DNA of 57,284 bases, counting the filler, from Basidioascus undulatus (lineage: Eukaryota), in the NCBI GenBank assembly GCA_000826855.1. It is 4 parts of 4 records of this genome, joined end to end, with 100 filler letters (N's around TTAATTAATTAA, not from the genome) between each part and the next. Parts side by side here need not be neighbours in the genome. Positions count along the whole stretch, not along the records: positions 28,706 to 42,948 come from JTLS01000747.1; positions 43,049 to 57,284 come from JTLS01000748.1; 2 more parts are not named here. One strand, 5' to 3'. A model generated the notes under the pieces. It was not told the origin of the DNA. It did not search any database and worked only from the letters and a program-made list of their open reading frames with translations. Made by a program: the position numbers and the translations under genes. Below are positions 33,864-43,523 of the stretch, in pieces; the first letter of the stretch is position 1, and every line of letters begins with the position of its first letter.

Positions 33864-36006
33864 ATGCGTGGTCTCACTTTCCTTCAGCTTTCTCTTCTCG
33901 TCCGGTCGGCGCTGGTCGCCTATGCTGTGCCGTGCGTCAAGCGTGCCACGACTTTCGTCGGGGTTGATGGGGCCCACTTCACTCTGGGTGGTTCGCCCTT
34001 CTACTACACGGGAACAAACGGTCAGTGACGCATATCGCCAAGTGAACAGGGTCGCAAGTCTGAGCTCGCGGCGCAGCGTACTGTCCGGCACAGCTCGATT
34101 CGAATGAGGACATCGACAAAGCGTTGGATGAGGCCGTCTCTCAGAACATCTCTGTGGGTGCTTGTTCTATCTTCGGGTTATTCAAGGCTTACCGTCATCA
34201 CAAAGGTCATTCGCACGTGGGGCTTCAACGATTTCACCTCGACCCAAAACTACGGGGCGTACTACCAGGTTTGCGCAATTCTATTAATGTTCATTAATCA
34301 AGCTCACAAGAATGGGAGTAGGTTTGGTCAGGTGGAAATGCTACGATAAACGAAGGGCCTCACGGTCTTGACCGCCTGGGTACATCCGACGAAGAAACTT
34401 CATGTGGATGCGAGGAACACTGACTGTGAGATACAGAATACGTCATCAAGGGTGCCTCTTCCCGGGGCCTGAAGCTCATTCTGCCTCTCGGTGCGTAGAA
34501 GACAACCACATGCCCACTGGAAGTTCCGTGCTGAATCTGTTCTGCGTAGTGAACAACTGGGTGCATCTACTGCCGGACGCCTTCGTTCTTACTTACTGAG
34601 TGTGGAATCTGGCAGGGCGACTATGGCGGAATGGGTTCGTCATTCACTATCTAGGGAATAGCTCACTGACTAAACTGACTTGCTCCATCTCAAGACGTTT
34701 ACGTCGACCAGCTCGCGTCTGGATCGCACCACAGCGTCTTCTATACAAATGAGAAGATCGTTGCTGCTTTCAAAGTGATGAAATGTCCTATCATTGCTAA
34801 GAATACGGTGACTACAATAACCATTGCAGAGCTACACCAACTCCGTCGTGTCTCGCTACAAAGGTGCGCTAGAGTCGGCTTTCACACCGGCAAATAGTTT
34901 GATCAACGTGACGGTTCACAGACAAGACGGCTGTTCTGGCCTGGGGTAAGCCTTACCCCGGTACCCTTGAAGATCTGTCTGAACTATGTCCCTCTGCACT
35001 TCAGAGCTTGCCAACGAGCCTCGCTGCAAGGGCTCTAAGAGCGCTGACAACGGCGATTGCACGACCTCGACCATCACGTTCGTCTATTGCCACTTGAGCT
35101 GTTGAACAAGCTGACCATGACCGTGTCCACCTATAGGGTCTGTGCAAAGGAAACTAGTTCTTACATCAAGTCCATCGACTCCAATCACCTTGTTGCTCTC
35201 GGAGGTGAGTACCACAGTCCCAGTTCCTCTCATGTTGACACCCGCCCGCTGACACCCTTGTCTCACAGACGAGGGCTTCATAGGTGAAGCCGAAAACGAC
35301 TCCTACCCGTACACCGCAGGCAAAGTTTGTCGCAGGATGAAGTGTTACCCATGTAGATGGCCGGCTGAGAAATCTTCGCAGGGCATTTCATTCACAGACA
35401 ACCTCGTTGTCGACACGTTGGACTTCGGGTAAGCTTGCTCGGTACGGGTATCATAGTGCCGTAACTCTTCACTGATTTAAACTGTATAGCACTTTTCACC
35501 TGTACACCTCGAGCTGGGGGGTCACGACCGACGTGCCGGCATGGGGCGCAAAGTGGATTGCCGACCACCAGACTGCGGGAAAGTCGGCTGGCAAGCCGGT
35601 CGTTATCGGTGAGCGCTTCTCAGTGATATTTGTGAAGCTTAGTGCTGAATATCGCGCGTGTGTAAACAGAGGAGTTTGGCGTGACGGACGACAAATACTC
35701 CACATACCAGACGTGGTACAAGGCGATCGAGGAGAACAACCTGGCTGCCTCGCACATCTGGCAAGCATACTCTCCATACCCAACAAAGAGTTCTTCTCAT
35801 GTTGAAGACCCCCCACAGGCAACTTGGCATTACGCTGAACGACGGCACCAAGACGGCCGACGATGGCTATGCTATCTGTACGTTGACGCGGCCCGCTAGA
35901 CCTGCGTTTTGCGTTGTATGGGAATGCTCACTGTCCCACAGACCCCGAAGACCAAGTTGTTTCCCTCATCAAGGCCGATGCCGCCGTGCAAACCCCTAAG
36001 AATTGA
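33864..36006 (+). CDS. Secreted GH5 (subfamily 7-like) endo-1,4-beta-mannanase, ~17 introns
   Basis: Has a signal peptide and the motifs FYYTGTNAY, VIRTWGFND, GLDRL, LKLILPLVNNWGDYGGMDVY, WELANEPRC (acid/base Glu), LVALGDEGF, DFGTFHLY, KPVVIEEFG (nucleophile Glu), WQLG and DDGYAIY. No CBM1. Confidence 0.93.
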
Positions 36007-36279
36007 GGCTGCAACACTGCTGCCTTTCGGAGCATCCCAACCACGACATCCCGGGTCTCGCCCGCGGGCGACCACAAGGTGAGGTGTGTCTTCGAAGCAG
36101 TGATGCGGGATGCATTTGCAACGAAGTACGGGGTGGTGGTATGGAAGATCCTGAAATAATTGAAGCAAAGCTGCAGGTTGTGTCGTGCGGTGGCAGGCAG
36201 GTGTGTTGCTGTCCCCGAAAGTCGTCGTTGCTCTTCTTGATCTGTTCTACCACCCTGTTTTGCGATCCGACTCCTCTCA

Positions 36280-37424
36280 CATGGCGACGCCCGACTTCCC
36301 AGCGGAAGTATAGCGCGACTCTTTTCTATTGCAATCGAGGAGCGCTTCACGTAGGACTGCAACAGAGGCACAACCGTTACCGCGAGGTCACGGCGCGGTG
36401 GAGCATCCCGCTCGTTTGTCGGTGCTGGAGGGTAAGTACCGACTCACGCGAGGCTGTATATGCTGTGTTGATTTGGTATGGCGGTTTCCAAAACCTATCT
36501 GAGTCGATTAGGTACCGGTGCATCAGCCTCGAGGACCCCGAGTCGATCGAGACGTTCAGTCACTTCCTCGACCGCCTCCAACACGCAGGTCGTCACCCTC
36601 TTCGATACACTCGTAACATCAATGCTTACGTCGGTTATATGTACTTTCACTTTGACAAATCTTCGCTGCCACAGGTGCTCTCATTCGCTGAGAACCTGGA
36701 GGATGCCGCCTTCGATTATGGTCTGGTCGGCCCTTCGACGCTTCGAACTCTCGCTTCAACCGAGAGCCACACCTTCACAAGCCTCAAGGCCATCATCGAT
36801 GATTCGACTGCAGAGTCTCCCCTCCTCCTCGAGCACTTTCCCAATCTTCTTGACCTCATACTCAACACAGCGACGTCCCACTCGCCGTTCGCGCCCTTCC
36901 CGCCGTTCACCATGAGTCTTCAAACGCTCTCGCTCAAGAGTGTGGACGACCCTCTCCTTTCCGATCTGCACCCGTGCAGATGTCCATCGTTAAAGCGCTT
37001 CGAGGCCAAAGTGTGCTTCTCCGGCCATGTGGTGCAGCAATTCCTCATACAATGACCTCCATCCGCCTTTGATATCGACGACTACCTGCCGACGTCGATA
37101 TCCTATTGTCCGAACCTGAGCTCTCTTGAACTGAAGTTGTTCCAAGAATACACGGAGTACAGGGCAGAGCTCTTCGATCCGGTCATCCGCGCATGCCCAC
37201 GGTCCATCAAGGAGATCCACCTTAAGTCGGACTCCGTCTACGCCCACATCGACAGTATTACTCTCGCATTACGCACGGTTCTTCTTCTGGACTTCCCCGA
37301 TCTGCACCTTGTCGCTTTGAAGTACGTTGCACCATCCCTTCGGCCGCTCCTGGAGGAAGTGTCGGCCAAGGGAATCACCGTCACCGAGCAGCGCGTGCTC
37401 TCGGACGACTCATGGATCTGGTGA
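36280..37424 (+). pseudogene. F-box/LRR-like pseudogene
   Basis: The F-box start MATPDFPAEV* is broken by a stop and frameshift, then continues ...SIPLVCRCWR...RYRCISL...FPNLLDLIL...CPSLKRF. An in-frame TGA at 37053-37055 is followed by the same frame (YCPNLSSLEL...) to 37424. Confidence 0.6.
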
Positions 37425-38288
37425 TTCTCTGGTGGCTATGCATGCTCTCAACACGTTGCAGTAAAAGGCTGACATGCATGGGTGAGAGGATGTCAGTTTA
37501 AAGAAAACGCTGGCATTGTTGTTGGGCATCAGCCCTTGGCCGTTTGAGCGGCCTTCGGATGAGCGGCGGTTGCGCATGTTTCGGGGCATCGTACCGCAAA
37601 GTCCGAGAAGCACATGTCAAACCTGTGATAGAGGAGAAGGGCACGGGTAGCTCTTTCTCTGTCACATAATCCATGGGGCATGAGTGCCGCACGACACACT
37701 ATTGTGGAGATAGGGCGCTGTGCGGTCGACGTCTTGCTCAAGCAGCAGCGCCCGAGCACAATGTTGGTTACCGAATTAAAAAGCTTTCTGGGACTGCATT
37801 CCAGGACTGTGTTGACTCTCAAACGCTATCATGTTGCGCAGCGCACACGCAAGAATGCTGTGCCGAAGAACAGAACTCGATGTGCACGTCTGAGGCTGTA
37901 CCGGCAAAACAAATGGAACGAAGGATAAGGGTTGTACATTAGAGTCAATATTCACAACCGCTCATAATACTGGATGAATGAGAGGAGCGTAACAAGTGGA
38001 AGAACGACAGCCGGCCTGGTACGAGACGCCGACCAAAGCGAGCCGTCACGACGTCGACGACCGCTGTCGACTACGTCCGCAGCCCATGCTTGGAAGCATA
38101 AAGTTCAGCTCTTGCATGAGGTACAGTCAAATTTACGTCTCCCGTCGTCGGGTCCATGCCCGACGCCGCGTTGGTCTGAACAGACAGACGTTTTCCTGGA
38201 GACGTACTGTCAGCGAAGCTGTGAACACTCTGGGTTGATATTTGCAACGCACATGTACCCTTGCATTCTAGAAGACGCGTTGGTAAGC

Positions 38289-38693
38289 TCAAGATCCCGC
38301 CGACAAGATCAAAAGTGGGCTCACGGTGTACGCGGCAGAGACGTTCGCAGAGACGTTCGCAGCGCCCGTGTCTCCCGAGCCGGAACGCCCATCGATCGCA
38401 CAACGTATGCTGGATTCCACTTGATCAAACTCGTATATCATGGCCTGTCCCTCGGCCCACTCGGTTCCGGTGAGCTGACACCCCGGGTTGGCCCGCTTCT
38501 TCTCGTCAAGGCCTGCCTGGTACTCGTGCGCCTCTTCGATCTTCTGCGCGAGCATGGTCGCATCCTGCACCTCACGAGCGATATCGCGCTCTCCGCGGGA
38601 TGGAGGAGGTCCATGCAGAACATCCGGGGTGTCAAGTAAGGCTCTAGGGCGAGGAGAACGATAGGATCGTGGTACCTCGACCGGGTGGTGCAA
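38289..38693 (-). CDS. Hypothetical small protein
   Basis: 134-aa ORF with GC3-rich codons and a predicted helical charged segment. No motif recognised. Confidence 0.25.
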   Translation of the reverse strand: MHHPVEVPRSYRSPRPRALLDTPDVLHGPPPSRGERDIAREVQDATMLAQKIEEAHEYQAGLDEKKRANPGCQLTGTEWAEGQAMIYEFDQVESSIRCAIDGRSGSGDTGAANVSANVSAAYTVSPLLILSAGS

Positions 38694-39555
38694 GGCAGGC
38701 CCAGTGTCGTAAGCGTCCCTTTTGCGAAAGACGAGTTCGAGTGGGGAGTAGCATCACTACAAACATCGAGTTCATGCATCCCGAGGAGCCCCTCAACCCA
38801 ATTCCCAACTGCACCGGTCGTCTCAGTTTCCTGCCTCGCAGCCGGACAGCCCGCCGTCTGATCGTTCGGCAGCTGCTCCATCACAGCTAACCGTCTGTAG
38901 TCTCGAGTGAAGGTTGAAGTGCTTGAAGATGGGCATGGTGTTGAGCATTTATAACTATTGGGTGAACAGGTAAGTTGGGGCAGGTGGTGGTTGATGAGCA
39001 AGAACGGCGGGCCGGCGAGCGGGCGGGCGGAAACGGCATCGCACGGAGAGGCACAACTGCCGTCAAAACCACCTGCTTGTCAGAGCCTTACTCTGCCAGT
39101 TTGCCTGCCACTCCTTTCCTCTAATATCTCCCAAGGTCGTCCGGTTAGTACTTTAGTGAGTACAATATGCAGCGAGTCTCTGGAATCTGACCGTCCGCAT
39201 TGCGCTTCTTGTCGCAACGACGGTCTTGCGAATCGGAAACGGCAGCTGGCAACAGCGCACTGTCCTGACATCTCTATGAGCTGAATTGCGCAGATAGGTC
39301 TGTGTTCTGTTATGCTGCCCATCCACGAAGACTGCGCTTTCCGAACTTGGGTCCTTTCCGCAACACCAATAGGCATGCCGCGTGCTTCGATACCGGACCC
39401 GCACAAAGCCAGCCCCACTGCCACCAAGATCCCCGATACCGTACGAATGCAAAAGCATCTGATAAATAAACTTAGTCAACGCGTCACCGACCCAGCTGCC
39501 CATACCACAGACAACCAGCGCCTGCACTCGCCCATCCCCGCAACTCCAACCCCCG

Positions 39556-41070
39556 CTATACGAACGGGTCGTCCCCGCCCTCGCCTTCCTTCACCGTCGC
39601 CGCGCCCGGCAGCGGGTCCCCCTGTGATATGAGCTCCAAGCCAAACACGGCCTCGTGGCTCTCGCGCGCGACCTGCGCATCGCGCGCGCGCTTGGCCCGC
39701 TTCTCCGCGTCGGCCGCTTCGGCTTCGGCTTGGCGCTTTTTGTACCTGTCATACGATAGCAGGAAGGTATGGATGAGCGCACGGAAAGGGAAAGCCAAGG
39801 GCGAGCCTACGGGGAGGGTAAGGCGGAACGGCCAACTCACAGCGCGCTCCCCTCGATCTTGCTCGGGTCTCTCCACAATCTCAGCCGCCGATCGACCAAT
39901 CTCACCACCTCCCGATCCACCCCGCGCTTCGCCTCCTCCAGCATCCCCGCGATCCGGTCCAGCACGCCCTCGGGCACCTGCGGCGCGCCAAACGCATCGC
40001 GCTTCCACGCAGCGTAGCGGTCGGTGAGCGCACTGTCCGCAGAGCGCCAGCAGGCGAGGGCGATCTGCGCGGGGGAGAAGAGGAGCTCGGCGGAGGTAAG
40101 GCGCGAGAGGCGGACGGCTTTTTGGACGGCGGCGAAGGTCGATTCGAGCGTGGGGATGGCGGGCGGGTCGGGCATCGCCTGGAGAGAGAGGATGACAGGT
40201 TCAGAGGTAGACGAGGGGATTGGGAAGAGGAAGAAAAAGATGCGGGGGGCGAGGACGCACCTGCATGTCGAGGTAAATCCCCCATGCAGCGCGGTGCGCG
40301 TGGTGCACTGCAAACTCGAAGCGCAGCGACTGGGAGACGAGGAACTCGAGCTCGAGGATCGAGTCGGGCTTGTTGGTGTTTTTGATGCGGTTGCAGAAAT
40401 CGGTGATGCTGATGGGGATGTTGCACGTCTTGGAGGCGAGGAAGAGGACAGTATACCTGTGCGTAACAGGTAATGAGATTTCAGTCAGCGTGAGATCGTC
40501 CATAGACCTTCGCTTTCTTCAAGCTGGCCAGAACAGCGTCGAAGCTTGGGAGAGATGAGACGCAATACTCACATGACATTCTTCGGATGCCACTCGATCA
40601 CGCTGTTGGTGAGGTAGAAGCGCTTGAGGTATGTCGCCGTCGTAGCCTCGACGACCTCCGGAAAGCCAATCGCCTTGCACATCCCCGGAAGACTGCTCAT
40701 ATAGAACGTGAGCAGTGCGAGCTCCTCAGCGGGCGTGGGCGGGCTCAAATCGGGCGGCGGTCGAGGATCAGATTCGGGGTCGTCGCGCTGCGTGCTTCCC
40801 TCCCGTCAGCCCCAGCGTTCCCGCACAGACACAGAACGGCCTAAGACACACCTTCTCCTCCTCCCACCCTGCTCGTACACGTGCAATAGCCCGCTCGTTG
40901 ACTGTCGCCCGCCGGGCCTCGAGCTGCTTGGGCGAGAACCGCCAGTGCTTGAACTGGGACGACTCGCGGTAGAGCGGGCGCGGGGGCTCGGGGACGGGCG
41001 GGGGGTTGGGGTCGGAGGAGATGTTGGATGCTACGGCGTCATTGGGGGCTAAAGGTGCAGCGGGCGGCAT
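39556..41070 (-). CDS. CCL1: Cyclin H (Ccl1/Mcs2; CAK/TFIIK cyclin)
   Basis: LYRESSQFKHWRFS...EELALLTFY...FPEVVEATTATYLKRFYLTNSVIEWHPKNVMYTVLFLASK...ILELEFLVSQSLRFEFAVHHAHRA...SAELLFSPAQIALA. Confidence 0.93.
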
Positions 41071-41716
41071 GGTGGGAGATCGCGGTGATGATCGTCGAGG
41101 TGAGTGCCGGATTCGGATGGAAACGCGGCGAGGACGCGCTTGGGCTGCGGAGGGGTCTTGCGGAAGGCGGGTTGTTGCCATGCTGCTGGAGCGCCAAGAT
41201 ACAGAGACGTTGCGATCTCTATCATACACACCTCCAACGTTCGCAGCACAAAAAAATAATTAGTATATGACAGGAATATAGAATCAGTGGAATATTTGTA
41301 GGTTGTCAGCCCGTCTGGACGTTGACGAATCGGCTTGGAATCCGCATGCACGATCTGTGAGTCGTCCGCCTTCCTGCCTCCCTTCTTGTTGAAATGTTGA
41401 CGTCTTTCCTCACCCAAATAAGAAGCAGAGACACTACTGTGTATAATCACAGAACGTCAGAACATGGCCCCCCGGCACCCTGTTCCGGTTCCTTCGCACA
41501 GCCACAGGGTATGCAACAAGCACAAGTAATGCTGTGAGCTCAACAAAGTACTAAAGCACAAAGGGCCTAGAACGCAAAACAAAGCGAAGCGAGGGTGGAA
41601 GGAAAAGAATTGTGGTATGCTGATGCGACCTGATGCCCTGTCTTTCCTCCACTACCTCCTGTCTTTCGCTCTCGTCAACCGCCCGTTTATCCTATCCGCC
41701 CATAGTCCGTAGCACT

Positions 41717-42948
41717 CTAGGACCAGACATCGAGGGCGAGCTGCGGACGCCGAGACACGTCAGTATGGGTGGCAGGAAAGGTTGCGAGGGGGAATCAGGT
41801 GGATACGCACGCGCCCACGCTCCTTGAGCATCTTGAGCTCCGCCGCGCCCTCCTTCTCCGCCGTGCCGCCCTTGCCCTCGCCAAGCATCTGCTGCAATAT
41901 GTTCTCGACGTCCTTCGCCATCGACCTGCGCCCAGTCCAGAACCGTCAGCCCGAGATGCCATACCACGGAGGGGAATGCAAGAGCAGAAGGAGGGAAACC
42001 ACGCACGCAGCGTCACCGCAGATGTAGACGTATCCCCGCTGGTTGAGGAGCGCGTCCGCGATCGCCTCGCGCTCCTCGGTAACCTTGTGCTGGACGTAGA
42101 CCTTCTGCGGGCCGGCGCGCGAGAACGCGACACGCATCTGCAGCTTGCCGCCGAGCTCCTTCTCGTACTCGGGCCACTCGTCCTGTAGACCATCCCAAGG
42201 CCTAGGGTCAGTCGCAAGCGAGGTGACGGAAGAGAAGAGACGGCGACGGAAGACAAACCTTGTAGAGAAAGTCCTCGTCCTCCCGACGGCAGCCGTAGAA
42301 CAGGTAGATTGGCGCCCAGTCCTTCAGCGCGTCCGGGCCGTTCTTCTCCACCGCGCGGCGAGCGAGTGCGACGCGCTCCTGGACGAAGCCGCGGAAGGGC
42401 GCGACACCGGTCCCGGGACCTGAACAGTGCACCTTCGGTCAGTCACGTGTGAGGAAGGCGGGGGAGGGGAGAGGGACACGCACCAATCATGATGACGGGG
42501 ATCTTGGGGCTGGTCGGCAGGCGGAAGTTGGAGCGGCGGACGTGGACGGGCGCGCGGAACTTGCCTTCGCGAGTGTACGCTCCGCGGGGGCCCTTGATGG
42601 CGTACTCGGGCTCGTTGATCGCAGCGGGGACGCCCGCGCCGGGCTGACCGGAGAGGGGGACCTCCTCGCCATCCGCAGACTTCTTGAGGTTGAGGACGTA
42701 GTTGGTAGCGAGGCCGAAGACCCACTTAGGGTTTTGCGCGACGGACTGGTACTTGAGGACGACGGCGGTGATGTGGATCGAGTTCGGGTGGATCTTGGGG
42801 CTGGACGAGATCGAGTAGAAGCGCGGCTGGAGGCGCGGCACGGACGAGACGATCGCGTCGAAGGGGATCAACCACGCCGTGGCCTTCGTCGAGGAGAGGT
42901 CGTCGCCCGCCGCGAGCTGGAGGACCTCGGCGAGCTTGAGGCACCCGT
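41717..42948 (-). CDS. NCP1: NADPH-cytochrome P450 reductase, FAD/NADPH-binding C-terminal half (5'-truncated by gap)
   Basis: [15 protein letters not shown]...[11 protein letters not shown]...[20 protein letters not shown]...[18 protein letters not shown]...[14 protein letters not shown]...[14 protein letters not shown]...RLALDVWS*. Confidence 0.96.
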
Positions 42949-43048
42949 NNNNNNNNNNNNNNNNNNNNNNNNNNNNNNNNNNNNNNNNNNNNTTAATTAA
43001 TTAANNNNNNNNNNNNNNNNNNNNNNNNNNNNNNNNNNNNNNNNNNNN
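42949..43048. other. Artificial assembly spacer N44-TTAATTAATTAA-N44
   Basis: Linker at 42993-43004. Confidence 0.98.
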
Positions 43049-43112
43049 GAATTCAAAGTGTGTCCTTCCCCCCCCCTTTCCCCTTCCCATACCTAATTCA
43101 CAGCAACTCGCA

Positions 43113-43523
43113 ATGCGTCTTCTCCTCCTCCCTCTGCCCATCTCCCTCCTCCTCCTCAGCACCTTCACACACGCTGCCCCCCAGACCTCCGAACAGGGCC
43201 TGCTCTGCTACACCTGTCCCCCTACCGGCGCGGCACCCCCGGTCGCGGCAGGTTACCGCGGGAGCCCGCTCAACATCATTTGCGAGTACCCCGGCTCGAC
43301 GGGCGGCACGTTCTCGTGCGCTTATAGCAAGGTCCCTCTGACCAATATCTCTTGAACAAGTTTTGGGAAGGAGAACATGGTGGGATGGTGGCTGATAAGT
43401 GTGTGATGGAATGGGGCACAGGTGACGGGAGCCAAAGTCGCGGGCAACACTGCGTGCGCGGCGGAGCCGGTCGGGAGGCCGTACGTGGAGGGGACATGCC
43501 CTTACACTCGTCCGAGCATCTAG
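43113..43523 (+). CDS. Small secreted cysteine-rich protein (~106 aa, 6 Cys, 2 exons)
   Basis: MRLLLLPLPISLLLLSTFTHA|APQTSEQGLLCYTCPP...IICEYPG...FSCAYSK, an intron at 43332-43421, then VTGAKVAGNTACAAEPVGRPYVEGTCPYTRPSI*. Confidence 0.78.

Noticed and set aside
7440..35143. Recurrent Trp>Cys changes (MYND, mannanase) as a genetic-code variant
   Set aside because: TGT/TGC encode clearly conserved Cys in the CFEM, UBZ and UBC domains, and TGG is used for conserved Trp throughout.
38336..38362. 12-bp tandem cagagacgttcg and other micro-repeats (6912-6935, 57087-57110)
   Set aside because: Two-copy slippage repeats with no further structure.
13263..41070. DNA-repair gene cluster (AP endonuclease, Pol kappa, cyclin H)
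   Set aside because: The genes are 9-15 kb apart with unrelated genes in between, and two assembly spacers separate the AP endonuclease from Pol kappa.
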